A stretch of 64,000 nucleotides of DNA from Felis catus (Eukaryota): positions 55,244,001-55,308,000 of the forward strand of contig NC_058382.1 of NCBI RefSeq assembly GCF_018350175.1, given 5' to 3'. The notes under the pieces are model-generated. The model did not search any database. It saw only the letters and a program-made list of their open reading frames with translations, and was not told where the DNA came from. Below are positions 28,956 through 44,407 of this stretch, piece by piece (the first letter of the stretch is position 1; every line of letters starts with the position of its first letter). The position numbers and the translations under genes were made by a program.

Positions 28956-29036
28956 TAACCTTGGACTGAAGCTCCCTGTTCCCTAAAGAGCGGAACCAAC
29001 GCAGACCCCTCTCTCTGCTTGTGTCGCCCAGCCTGA

Positions 29037-29174
<138 letters not shown>

Positions 29175-30205
29175 TAAGGCTGAGGGGGGCTGGGCTGCTT
29201 GCTGGATGAACTTGTCCCTTCTTGCCAGTGAGACTCGGGTCCCGGCTGAGCTCTGACGCCCTTTCTCTGCTGTTCCCGGCTGGCTTTGACTCTTGTACCC
29301 TCCCCGGGAAGGTGGTTTGATACATGCTGTATTCAGAAAAGCAGATAAACCCCCGTATTTCACATCATATTAAATATTATTTTAGTTATAACAGCAGCGG
29401 CCACTTACCGAGCCCTTCCTCTGTGTCACTTGCTTTCATACGTGGTCTAACCACATTCTCATTACAACCCTCGGAGTTGACTGTGGGTCTCCCCATTTTA
29501 CAGAGATGGCAAATGAGGCTTTACAAGGTTGTACAGCTATTAAATAGTGCAGGTCCTTCCCACGACACGAGCCTGTGTATTCTTCTGAGTTCAGATTCTT
29601 ACGCTGATGCCTAGTCCTGTGCAGCGGCCCTACCCCGGACTGAAGCAGGGACGTTTTTAGGTCACAGATACCTGGGTGTGCTGGGGCTCAGTGACCTTTT
29701 CTCTCTTTTCACCTGGGGCAAAAATCGAAAAAAGTTGTGCTGCCCATCCATAAGTCCCTAGACGGGTGTTTTTGCAGGACTATTTTTCCCTATGAGCGAT
29801 AAGAACTTGTTGGTAACCACGAGCACCCCCAGGGATTCAATTCACAAGCGCAGCATCCTTTTGTCCCGCAAGATAGCTGGACCTGATGGAGAAATGTGAA
29901 CAGCAGCTTGATAGGAGCGCCTCTTTGTGTCAGGAACCATCGTGAGCACGTCATCTGAAGTAACTCCTATAAACCCACACAGTGGCCCTCAGAGGTTCTG
30001 GTGTTACCTGCATTGTACACGTGAGGAAACTGTGAGGCACAGATAAGTACAGTAACTTGTCCAGGGCCGCACAGCAGGCTGAGATCTGAAGCCAGGCCTT
30101 CTGACTCCAGAGCCCCTACTCCTGACTTGACGCATGTACTAAGTTCAGGGGTTTTCAAAGTTGTTTTCGTGTTGTTGTTTTGTTTTGCTTTTTGAGAATG
30201 CCCTC

Positions 30206-30378
30206 CTTTTAATTTTTTTATTTTTGAGAGAGAGAGGGAGACACAGAATCTGAAACAGGCTCCAGGCTCCGAGCTGTCAGAACAGAACCCGCCCGACGCG
30301 GGGCTCAAATTCACAAACGGCATGCTCATGACCTGAGCCGAAGTCTGACGCTTAACCGACTGAGCCACCCAGGAGCCT
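30206..30378 (-). mobile_element. Can-SINE with shortened CT region
   Basis: TSD atgccct. Confidence 0.92.
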
Positions 30379-31020
30379 CGAGATGCCCTGTTTCTAATCC
30401 AAATCTTCCCTGGATCCCCAGCGTCAAAAAAAGGTTAACAACAGAGCGATCTGCTGAAGCTGGGGTTGGGGCTCAGCTGTCCCGTGTGGCCTCCCCACGG
30501 AGACCCTGGAGCTCCTCTGTGAGGCTCCCAGCCGCAGCTTGCCAGCCATGTTGTGGACCCGCCTCTCCCTGAGGGGCACAGCCAGAACCCGGGTCTCCCC
30601 TGGGCCCACGATGCCCCCTTCTGCACCCTCCCTCTGTTGAGGTCCCCGTTCCGTTTGTGTGGGTGACTTGGACCAAGTAGCAGGTAGACCCCAGGTGATC
30701 TCTTTAAATCACACACTTTTCCATGCGTGGCACAGCCCTCCTGCCTTTGCACACGTCCGAGGTGGGGTGCTTGTCATTTCCAGGGCTCCTGAGGTGAACT
30801 GAGGTGCTGGTGTAAGTGGCGTTGGCGAGGGGCTGTGGGTCAACTGCCCTGCAGAGGTCCCCTCCCTTCTGTCTGGTGGCAATGGCACCACCTAGTGGGG
30901 TGTTGTCACTGTGCCACTCTCCTGTGCATCCTCCCAGCCTAGTTCCAAAATGGTGGGGGTTTTGTCCAAACTGGGATGCCTTTGAGAATGAAGGGAATGG
31001 GATTGTTAATAATGACCCCT

Positions 31021-31185
31021 GGGGGTGCCTGGCTGGCTCAGTTGATTAAGCATCCCACTCTTGATTTCAGCTCAGGTCATGATCTCACGGTTTGCAAAAT
31101 CAAGCCCCATGTTGGTCTCTGTGCCGGAAGTGTGGAGCCTGCTTGGGATGGTCTCTCTCTCAAAATAAATAAATAATTTTTTAAA
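31021..31185 (+). mobile_element. Can-SINE (older type)
   Basis: ggggtgcctggctggctcag...ctctcaaaataaataaat. Confidence 0.9.
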
Positions 31186-32146
31186 AAGTTTTTTTTTTTT
31201 AATAATTGTACCTCGACCACAGGTATGGCCTGCCTAGTTTGGGGCAAACAGTATTTATAGTCACCCTGAATACAGCCAGTGTTTGCCTGAAATGGGTCTG
31301 GAGAAATGGAGGTGAGGTGGGTGGCTGGCAAACCTGTATTTCCACCAGGCCACGGGACCATCGGTCCTCCCTCTGCTGGGATTCAGGTCATCATTTACTA
31401 AATGCTTCCCACAACCCCCGAGTACTGATTTGGTAAGATCGAGAAAGGTCTCACATAGTGGGGAAGACAGAGATAGACGTTATATGAAAGGTGCACACTG
31501 CCTCCACAGCTGTGGGGACAGATGCCACGGAGCACAGAGGAAGAACACTCGGCCTAGGCGGCAGTCAGGGAAGGCTCCCTGGGAGAGGCATTCCTGAGCT
31601 GAGTCTTAAATGGTTAGTAGGCACAAGCTGGATACGAAGGGCATGGACTGAGGCATGGAAGCTAGGCGGCATGGCAGGGACAGAAGGGTGGAGGTGACAG
31701 GTGGTCTGGGATGAGGGTCAAGTTTGAGTCACAGACAGGAGTTAAGGTCCGAGAGTGCCCGGGGTCAGGTGAAAGAGTCTGGGCTTGATTCTGAAGACTT
31801 TGGAAGCTGTGGGTGTGGTGAGGTCAGAGATGGGTTCTGGAAAGAGCCTCCTGGCTGCAGAGTGTGCCTACAGGAGGACGCTTGGAGGGAGTAGCCCTGT
31901 GTGCCTGGGCACTGCTTCGGGGAAGAATCTTGGAGGTGACCACAGTTTGGTGGAGTTGAGACACATACAGAGATCAGTTATGTTCCTTGTTATCAGTGCC
32001 GTCAGAGGAGGCAAGAAGGTTGAGGGAGGGCAGTATTTTAGCTGAGTAACAAGAACGTTATTTGAGCACTTACTGTATACTGGATGCTGTTAAAACTGCT
32101 CAGCATGTGCTAGGCCCTGTGGTTCCAATAAAATCCTCTGAGGGGA

Positions 32147-32541
32147 GGGGGCGGCTGGGTGGCTCAGTGGGTTAAGCGCCCAACTTTGGCTCAGGTCACT
32201 ATCTCAAGGTTTGTGAGTTGGAGCCCCACGTCGGGCTCTGTGCTGACAGCTCGGAGCCTGGAGCTGCTTCGGGTTCTGTGTCTCCCCCTCCCCTCTCTCT
32301 CTCAAAAATAAATAAAGTTTTAAAAAACATATATGAGGGGCGCCTGTGTGGCTCAGTTGGTTGAGTGCCCGACTTCGGCTCAGGTCATGATCTTGCTGTC
32401 CGTGAGTTCGAGCCCCGCGTCGGGCTCTGTGCTGACAGCTCAGAGCCTAGAGCCTGCTTCGGATTCTGTGTCTCCCTCCCTCCCTGCCCCTCCCCTGCTC
32501 ATGTTCTCTCTCTCTGTCTCTCAAAAATAAACATAAAAAAA
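32147..32541 (+). mobile_element. Two tandem Can-SINEs (32147-32328, 32337-32541)
   Basis: Two heads and two tails; outer repeat at(c/g)ctctgaggg. Confidence 0.92.
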
Positions 32542-33030
32542 ATGCTCTGAGGGAGGCAGTTAGATTATCCCCATTTTATGGATGGAGAGTCTGGGGCACA
32601 GAGTGCCTATGTAGTTGGCGGTGGAGCCAGAATGTGATGCCAGCCTGTAGGGCTCCAGAACCTTCCTTACTCTGTCCTTATCCCTAAGTTCACAGCCCTC
32701 CCTGAAGTGGGGTTGGGAATGCTCTAGACTTGAGCTTTTGTCCCAAATGGCCTCTGACGTCCACGTAAAGCACCGAAGCTTCTGGTGTCTTTGACCAAAC
32801 GTTAGAATTCTATTGTAGGGAGGGCGCTGACCCTGTGCTCACTCACTGCTAATTTGAAAAAAAGCCGATGACCCCTTTGAAATGCTCTGTTGTCACAGAT
32901 AATGACCACGGCCTCTGGTCGCTTGGCCACCTGCTGCCTCGCCCCAGCCGGCAGCTGGGATCTGACGAACAGTGATGGATTATTAACTCTGCCCCACGAA
33001 GGCCCTCTGATGCCCTCTGTTTTTCCCCAG

Positions 33031-33127
33031 GTGGAAAGGAGACTATGGGACCAGGATCCAGCAATACTTCCCATCCAACTATGTTGAGGACATTTCAACG
33101 GTCGATGTGGAAGAACTGGAAAAGCAG
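33031..33127 (+). CDS. PLCG2: PLCG2 exon 23, [32 protein letters not shown] (SH3)
   Basis: cag| acceptor, |gtgagt donor, 97 nt; FPSNYV motif. Confidence 0.96.
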
Positions 33128-34492
33128 GTGAGTCTGGACTGTCACACAGGGACCCCTGCGGACCCGGCTTCTCAGCAATCCGGGGAGCCGTCTCCGTGGG
33201 TTCCTGTCACACATGCTGCTGCGTGGTCCCTGTGGAGCACCGGAACAGGGACGACGGGGTGACAGGGAAGTCGGGATTGTCCCCGGAGTTGCTGGGGGTG
33301 AAAGTCACTGTGACAAGCCTGTCATGTTTTAATCAGGTTGTGCCGGGCTGGAAGGCTTTGCATATGCAGGACAGGTCCCTCCGGAGCGAAAATGGCCAAA
33401 CGGGGAATTTGTCCTTTGCTTAAAGCAGCTTGCAAATGGAACACATTTAGTTTGGCCGCCAGACATTCGGGACGTGCTTGGTGTGAGAAAGCAGGTGGGC
33501 TTGAGTGGCAGTGAATTGAGGCCCTCGGGGTGACACTGCCAACCTGGTGTCTGTCCCCCAGCCTCCTCTTGCCCCGAAGGCCTAAAGAACATCTGCTGTT
33601 AGGTGACGACACTGGGCCGAGGACGGACTTGTCGTAATGAGCACCTTAAGGCCTTTCCGAGCCCAAGGAACGTCCTCAGGGAGTTGGGGCAATCTGGGAG
33701 GGCTGCACAGAGTAATGGGCGTTCGAGTCTCAGAAGTCCAGTTGGAGACCAGTAGCGGGACTGGCAGAAGGGAAACCAGGCGGGAGGCACAGCCTCACGG
33801 AAGGTGTGGTGGTGGGAACGTGGCTGTGTCCGGCACGCCGGGCCTGTGGCAGGGACGTGACCCCTCACCGCGTCTGTCCCGTGTGGCCCTTACCCCCCAG
33901 TCGGCCTTGGCCTGGTGGGGTGGGGGCGGGCCTTACAAGCAGGGGGCAGACGCAGGTCTGCTAGCTGTCCTGAGACCCAGACGTTCTCTGTCGCACGTGG
34001 GCGCTGGGATGCAGCAAACGTGTGGTGGGAGGGGGAGCTGGAAGGCTGGCCGGGGCCTGGACGGCCCGTCAGGCAGATCTCAGAGTGCGGCCATTGCTCC
34101 CCGAGGACCTGAGAAGCCACAGGAGGCTCTCGAGCTGGGCTCCGGGAGGCTGGACGGTCCCCTCTCACAGCCACGTCTGAATGCGCGTCTAGGACGTTGT
34201 CTTGGAACCAGACCCAGCGCGATGCTTCCAGACCCGTTCCGGAATTCAGACGGCTTGTTTTTACAGATTGGAAAATGAACTGGCGGACCTGCTGGCACCC
34301 GCTCACGGCTGGGTCCCCGTCGGCAGCATGCTTTATTATTCAGCGCTCTCCCCACGGGTGGATCCTGTAATGAAAATGCATTTTAAACAGTTCTGCAGGC
34401 GGTGTCTCTGCTAAACGGTGCGCTTTGGAAACTGGTTGTCTTTTTATTATTCCCGTTAAGACTAACTTGAGTTATGTCTTGTTTCCTCACAG

Positions 34493-34559
34493 ATTATTGA
34501 AGACAATCCCTTAGGGTCTCTTTGCAGAGGAATACTGGATCTCAACACCTATAACGTCG
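34493..34559 (+). CDS. PLCG2: PLCG2 exon 24, [22 protein letters not shown]
   Basis: cag| acceptor with branch-like ACTAAC at 34461, |gtacgt donor, 67 nt. Confidence 0.95.
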
Positions 34560-35134
34560 GTACGTGCACACACGGTCTCAGCGTGGATCGCCACCCAGGT
34601 CCCCCACGGCCCCGCCTCGGAAGCGCCCCAGGCGGGGAGGCGGCTGCAGTCCATCCAGCCGTTAGCCTGGGCACAGGACACGGAGTCTGTGTTCCTACTC
34701 CCAGAGGAGGAGCCCACGCCCATCCCCGACCGTGGGACCCGGCTGAGGTCCTGCGGCCAGCCAAGAGATGAGGGGGGGCAGGGCCCTCACCCACACTGCC
34801 GTTAGGCCATCTGCCTTACGTTTGCAGAGCACAGGGGGACGGCCCCGGGGTTATCCAGAGGGAGCTTGGAGCCGGGTCTGCTTTGAGCCTCAGCCCTGCC
34901 GTTACCAGCTCTGTGCCCCTCCACGCATTACTTCCCCACCAATGCCTCTGTGTCCTCTCCTGCCACGTACATAGAAGAGTGATACCCCAAAAGGGTGGGA
35001 TGAGGATTAAGAGACGGCACATGTAACGTGCTTTAGGATGCTACCTGGCACAGAAGACCTCAGACATCTCAGCCAGTGAGGTTGCTGAGCAGATAATTTC
35101 TCCTCTCATGGCCTTAATTTTCTTTCTAGAAAAT

Positions 35135-35445
35135 ACTTTCTCTGCAGAGAGCGTCTATCGCATGCCTGTCTCCTAGCTTCTGGTGGCTCCTGGAGATCTT
35201 TGGCGCCCCTTGGCTTGTGGCTGCACCATTCCAATGTCTGCCTCTGTCTTCAGGGGCCGTCTTTCCTGTGTCTGTGTCTCAAATTTCCCTCTCCTTCCTC
35301 TGGTAAGGACGTTAGTTGTTGTATTTAGAAATCCTAACTCCAGAGTGATTTCCTCTCAGGATCCTTAAGTACATCTGCGAAGATCCTTTATTTCCAGTCA
35401 GGTCACATTCGCAGGTACGGGGGCTTAGGGTGCAGACAGAACTCC
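35135..35445. mobile_element. MLT1 (MaLR) LTR fragment
   Basis: ctagcttctggtggct...ccttggcttgtggctgca...aggtcacattc. Confidence 0.7.
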
Positions 35446-35583
35446 TGGGAGAACGCCGCTCGGCCCGCTGTGTCTCCCAGGCCGTGATGTAGGTGAAGAG
35501 GCCAGACCCCGCCCGCCCTAAGGCAGATGCCCCGGTCCACGCTGACCACGGCTGGGGCAGTGGCACTTGGGCTGGCTTCGTGA

Positions 35584-36123
<540 letters not shown>

Positions 36124-38991
36124 TAGGAGGCATTTCCTGAGCTCAGGCCCCTGGACCCATAGTGGCCCCTTGTGCTCAACACGACCCCCTTCTGGCCCTC
36201 TGCAAGTTTGTTTTCTTGTGGAGGAACCTGGGCTCCAGATGGAAGTGGACCTTTCAGCGTTTATCATAACTGGAGCCCTCGTGTTAGGCTGGAGGTGTTT
36301 TCAGAAGGGCGATGTTCTGAGTGAGAACAGGAGGTTGAGAATTAGGCAGGGCTGGACCCACATTTCTCTAGGCCTTAGTTTTCTTATCTGTCAGATGAGC
36401 CCAGTCCGTAAGTCACAAGATGAGGGAGGGATGAAATGAGACGACGCATGAAGAGCAGTGGGTCCCGGGGTTGACACACGGCAGACCTCAGGGAACAGTC
36501 CTTCAGCATCACTCTGTCCTACCACGAAGACATGGGACACTTGCTGTATCTTGGAGGATGGAGCAAGTACCATCCATCCTTTCTTGTGGCCACAGACCTG
36601 GAAAGAAATTGTAGGGTTTCCCACGTGCCCAGTTGTTTCTAAGGCAGATACTGACCCAAAGGACCGATTTCTAAGCTTTGCCAGGACTCTGGGTCCCTGT
36701 GACCCCTGGTTACAGTTGATGAGTCTCCTTCTCCCATGTAGTGGGAGCGTCACCCCCCCTAGTGGCCCGGTCTTTCCTTGTGCTCGAGTCTAGTCAGGGA
36801 CTAGAGGCTTGTCACTCCATCCCCAGGCACTTGGGATGAGCCCCGAGCTTGTGGCCAACACGGCTGCTCCTGCTCTTGTTGCTGGGGGGCATCCCTTCTG
36901 CCCTTCGGTGCCTCTGATGTGGCACAGGGAGGCATCATGATCCTGGGGTTCATTTGGAAGATGAGTTCTTCCGATCTTGTACTGCTGTCCCCCATCCTGG
37001 GTAAATGGTGGTCATCGTGATCGTATGGCACCGTTAGTATGTGATGCTGGCGTCCTGAGCATCTTCTAGTATTTGGGTCCCTCCCCACCCCCAGCCTGGC
37101 CAGGAGTGGAGAAAACACTAGCGGGAGAGCAGTGAGCAGCTGTGCCCTGCAGACCTCAGGCCCCCGAGCCACCTATGGCACGGATGGAGTGTGGGGTACA
37201 TCCTGGCACTCTCTGCTGCTTTTAGTGGAGAAAAATGCAGTTACTCGAAGGCTCTCTGTCCTCACATGAAGGTTTCTGAAATCAAGCCTGGCTCTTCAAG
37301 GCTCCTGTTCTCTGCCTTTGATCTACATTCTTCCTTAATTGGTTTTTACGTCTGCTAATTCTCATTATTATGTGGGAAGGTTAAGAAAACAGCAGTCAGC
37401 AGAAACCACTGCATCCCTCCCTTTTCCCCAGCCGCCCGGCGTCGCTGGGGAAACCAACACGATGAATGCTCAGCTCACTGCCGGGGGCTCCTTGCCACAG
37501 CCCTACTGTCATGCCTGTCCCTGACACCCTGCTCAGGGCTCTGCGATTTCACGATTTCACGGTGGAGGGCAAGAGACCGGGCACTAAGATCTGTCTGGTT
37601 AGTGAGTTTCCAAAGCCTGACTAGGGAAGCTGTGCTTTCAGGTTCTCGGAGAGCCCAGTGGGTGCAGTCTACAGGTCTGGAGAGTAATTGTTACACAATT
37701 TTGATGCAGCAATGGGTCTTTCGTCTTGAATGGACATCGTTTTCTGCTGAGGTTGGGAAAAAGTGACACCCATGGCTTGTCATCGCTCTGTGCTTTGGGA
37801 GGCAGTTTCTGTAATTCGAGACACATGTAGCATGCTTCACCCACCCTTGTCTGATGCGATTCTGTGGTCACTGGGGAGGCGGTGTTGGGGGGCACTCTGG
37901 CCCCACTGGTTGTTTCCCACACCCCTGGTGGGGTGCAAAGGGTTCTTTGCTTAAGTCTCAGTACTCTAGAAGGGGACTCCTCTGGTTAGCCTCCTTTTAT
38001 CGTTGTGGAGACTGAGGCACAGAGAGACTACACGATGTGCTCAGTGGCCACGGCCAGTCAACGGAGGGCCAACTTTTGAACCAGTGTCTGGTTCCAGTTC
38101 CTGCTGTTACACCAGGTGCTTTTCAAAAGCCTCTCTCACCACGTCACCCCCGGTCACCTGAATACTTGCTACCCACACCTGTGTCTGTGGGGACAGGGGT
38201 GGGCACTGCTGGTGAATGGCACCATCCCTGTCCTCATCCTGGCTGGAGTTATCCAGGAAGACTTCCCGGAGCAGGCATGCTTGAGGTGGATGTGGAAGGA
38301 GAGATCTCATGGAGTGGCAGAGGAAGGATGGGGGGAGGTGCAGGGTGAGGAGCAGGAGGTCTGTGCTGTGGTTCAGAGGGACTGGGGAGGTGAACTCTGG
38401 GGCCCTTTAAAAAAGATGACGGAGAAGGGACTCGGTGAAGCCCGGTGCATAAGCATCGGGTCTGGTCACCGCCCCGCCGTGGAGGCCACTCAACCTCTGT
38501 ATACTTCGGTTTCTTTGCAAAATGGACACCACTCCCCCTCTTGGGGCAGATGGAGGTTACCCTCAGCAACTGCCCTCCTGCACTTAGCGTGCGACGCCCG
38601 AAGCTGAGTGGCCCCAGTTTTCGCCTGCATGTAATTTTCTCTCAAGGCTCCCCCTTCGTCAGTGCAAGAAAGGGTCAGAATTTGGTGAGACGGGAGAGAG
38701 TTGGCTGGTGTGGGGGGAGGCAGGCACTCATCCTTGTGCACGTGGAGACGGATTGGACAGTGCGGTCTCCAGAGGGACAATGGCACGGGGAGGGGCACGT
38801 CGCAGGGAAGAGGGTGTGAGGACAGCACGTTCTAACCAGGATGTGCTGCGCCCATGAGAACACGGGCTTGGAGAGCTTTGCTGGGGTGGCTTTAGGGGAA
38901 TGGATGGGGCAGGAGCCTGAGAGCAGAGGGTGGAGGAGAGTGCCGACAAAAGGGAGCCCCCCTCCCACCCCGTCCTGTGCCCAGAGACTGA

Positions 38992-39297
<306 letters not shown>

Positions 39298-39439
39298 TGA
39301 ACACCCTGGTTTCCTTTTTAAGTCAGGTGCTGTCAGAAGACAAAGTGAGAGAGGTTCGTTGCTCCTTCTCACGTGCTCTCAGAGCATGCAGCCAAAACAG
39401 GCCCTTCCGGTACCTTCAGGAGGAAAACCCTCTCTGAGG

Positions 39440-39838
39440 GTGGATTCGTCTCCCACTGTTGGTCTAACAAGTTAGGACAGACTTGGTGGTTAAAAGCAAC
39501 ACCTGTTTGTTAACTCACAGTCCTGGAGGTCAGAGGTCCAACATCAGTGTCAACTGGGCTGACGTCCAGGTGCCAGCAGGGCCCTGTTCGTCCAGAAGTT
39601 CAAGGGGAGAATCCGGGACTTGCCTCTTGTGGTGGCTGCTAGCATTCCTGGGCTTGTGGCCAAACCTTCCCAATCTCCCTATTATATGGACCCTATATTG
39701 AGGGCCCAGATGATCCTGCACTTTCAAGCTCTGTAATTGAATCACACCCACAAAGTCCCTTTGCCGGACACATTACAAAGTCACAGGCCCCAGGGATAAG
39801 GACCTAGATGCCTTTGGGGGCCATTCAGCTGGCCACAG
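39440..39838. mobile_element. MLT1 (MaLR) LTR
   Basis: ctcacagtcctggaggtcagaggtccaacatcagtgtc...cattcctgggcttgtggcc...ggggccattcag. Confidence 0.7.
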
Positions 39839-40555
39839 AAGGATTCAGATATCAATCTTCTTAGATGGTCGCTAAGGGAGCAAGTTCTTTGACCTAGTAA
39901 AATCCCGTTCATTTTATCTTCCCCCTTTCTTTGATCTCAAGAATCTGAGTCCAGGACCGAGGACCAGAGGAACAGCACTAACCCCAGTTAACTGGTCCAA
40001 GAACTTGCTCCCCAGGAGGGTCCCTGGGCACCTCCACCTGCAGGGAAGGGTAGCGGAGCTCAGAACCAGACTCGGCCAGACTCTGCGTGTTGATGGGCTG
40101 GCCACCACCGTAGTTGCACGTTTCTGTCCTGTTCCTTCTCCCCTTCCGGGCACCCCCTCCTAGCACCTCCCTGACTGCAGGCAGCTGACTCTCCCTCCTC
40201 CACGGTGCCTGGTTCACTCGTCTTGGGTCCACTACCTCTTGGCTGAGGAAACCACATCCTCAGATGTCGTCCTACCGTTGATCACTGCGGCCACTCCCTA
40301 CTGCCCCCCTTTCTGTAACCATACCACCTTTGTGTTTTCTTGTACAAGGCTGCTGGTGGCTTTAAACAAGAGGTAAGTTACACCAATCGAGACTAGAAGG
40401 CAGGGGGGAGCGCTGGGACCCATAGCAGTACTGGTTATGGAAATGGCATCATAACCACTTGACTGTCTTGGCCTTGAGGTTCCTGGTTTTGGTTTACATC
40501 CTGTGTATCCAGCCGTTGTACCAAACGTTAAGAAAATGCACGAGGCACAGAATAA

Positions 40556-40927
<372 letters not shown>

Positions 40928-41873
40928 TGAATGGAGCCATGACAGGGGCAGTGGACACTTGCCATTGCAAAGACAGATGCTGAGCAGGGAGGCTTAAGTG
41001 AGAAAGGAAATACTTGAGCTCATGTAATGAAAAGGTCCAGGCGTTGAGACAGCTTCAGGCACAGCTGCATACAGGTGCTCTGTGGCTGTCTTTAGTGAAC
41101 TCTTCTCTGGCCCATCCTTCGTTGAGCGTTTCATACTCAGACTCTTACAGAGATACTCCCTGCTGAGAGAAACCCACATGCTAAACTTTTTCCCACAAAT
41201 GGTAGCAGAAATCACAGTGCTGTGCTCTTTTATTGACAGAGCTATTCACCAGGAGTCTCCTTTATGTTGTTTTTAGGCCTGTGTAGGGGGGTTCCATTGA
41301 ATGGATCCCTCATCTACTCAACTGGTGCCCCCATGGAGGCGCACTGAGGTCCTCTCCCTCATTGGCTATTACAGACAGCCTTGACTTCTGTAACCTTCCG
41401 TGAGCACCACTTCCCAGATGGCGGAGCCCTTCGGTGGCACGGAATTCTCAGAAGTACAGGCTAGGTCCTACAGCAGTGGCATGTGGACCTTTCCTGAGGA
41501 AACCCAGTGAACACCCAAGTCCAGCAATGCCTGAGCTCAGACACCTCACCAGGCTGCCCTCCAGAGGGACTGGGTGGGATCGCAAATTGAGAAAACGTTT
41601 GAATACACCTTTTCAGTGAAACTTGAGCTCAGTTTTATCCAACTTTTCAATCTTTGCCCGTACGATGGTCACGTTGTACTTAGGGCTTCCCTTAGGCATA
41701 ACGTGAACCATGTTTTTACGAAGCGTTTTCTTTTTGCGAACTGTCCCTGTTTCTCGAACAGGGCGTAGGTATTTATAGTACGCACTATCAGATCGCTTTC
41801 ACGTGTGGATCTTCCCCTGTCATTTGAGTTAGAACGATTTCTCTTTCTGCAACAGGTCTTAAGTGAAATTTTA

Positions 41874-42100
41874 TTTTTCCTAATTTTTTTTTTAACGTTT
41901 ATTTATTTTTGAGACAGAGAGAGACACAGCATGAATGGGGGAAGGTCAGAGAGAGAGAGAGGGAGACACAGAATCTGAAACAGGCTCCAGGCTCTGAGCG
42001 GTCAGCACAGAGCCCGACGCGGGGCTCGAACTCATGGACCGTGAGATCATGACCTGAGCCGAAGTCGGACGCTTAACCGACTGAGCCACCCAGGCGCCCC
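41874..42100 (-). mobile_element. Young feline Can-SINE
   Basis: Perfect 15-bp TSD ttaagtgaaatttta at 41859 and 42101; CpGs retained. Confidence 0.96.
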
Positions 42101-42210
42101 TTAAGTGAAATTTTAAAATTAACCCCAATTCTTTTCTAAGAAATCTTCAGCGTTGAGTAGGTTTTACTGTCATACTTAGGATGGTGTTCACCAGTTGGGA
42201 CTTTTTTTGA

Positions 42211-42507
<297 letters not shown>

Positions 42508-43066
42508 TGACACCTGTCATCTTGTGTAAACCACCAACACCCAGTCACTGTTTCAGGATCTAAATTACGGCACACCCACGGGTTGCAGGGAGGGGACTTG
42601 GTCACCACCCCAGGTCTCCTGGGGGTGAGGTAGGAGGTCCATCTCTTACTGGGCTCAGCAGGTGGTCTCATAAGAAAGAAAAAAAATGAAGTATATGTAA
42701 TGAAAAAGTCTTTTTTTTTTTTTTTTAAAAGAATACCACTTTCTCCCCTCTCCTTTCCTGGGATGTCTCTGTAGGTTCTCCCTGGGCACAGGGACGATGC
42801 GTTTCTGTGCTCGGGAGGTTCATGAGAATGATGGCCTGGGGGCTCCGATCCTGGCTTCTCCTTAACACCTGTTCTCCAGCCCCATTTCCCCGACCACTGC
42901 AGAGGCTTGTTAGGGCTTCAGTGAAGAAACCGCGGCTGGCTTGGACCTCATCTGGTCTGGCTGTAGAACCCAGACTGAGCCCCGTGCGATGCCGCCCATA
43001 TAAAACTTGTCCGTGCTTCCCAGGATGGATCGGGGAGAACTGCAGCTTTTACCTTTGGTGCCCTAG

Positions 43067-43432
<366 letters not shown>

Positions 43433-43987
43433 TAAGGGACAGAGACAACAGAGGGTGTGGCTAACCCAGAGGCTGCAGCCTAACATGGGTGATTTTATCC
43501 TTCAGAGGGAAGGGAGGCCCAGAGAAATGCTTGCTTGCTCTTCCAGTGGAAGCCAGGAACTGTCAATTTTCTAAGGCCTGGGCTCACGGGCCCTGGTAAA
43601 AGACAGCCTGATGAACTCACGTGTGTACCCGTGACATTGGCATTTCTCAGGGGGTGACAGCCAGGAGGCTGGTTCACACGACTCCAGACCCCCCTCCCTC
43701 CCCAGATGCGGAGTGTGGCTCTTCCCTCTGTGATCTCTTCCACATGCACCTGTTCCTGCTGTCCTGCCCCTTCCATACCCGGGGAGCTGAGATGGTTGCT
43801 GTAGCAAGGGGGTGTGGTCTCTTCTCTCTGCTCTCCAAGTACCAGACCTATGAGAGCAGCTTTACCAGAACTGCTTCCGGGAAGAAAGTGTTTCTTAGAT
43901 CTTGGCATAGATATGTGTTTACAGGGTGCTAAGGAGATTCAGAGCTGACAGACAGAGAGTCAGTTTTACCAGGAGGGGGCAGGGTGA

Positions 43988-44407
<420 letters not shown>

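Noticed and set aside
33637..34278. 213-aa ORF, the longest in the track
   Set aside because: G/R/A/P-rich composition expected from GC-rich intron; no recognisable domain or splice structure.
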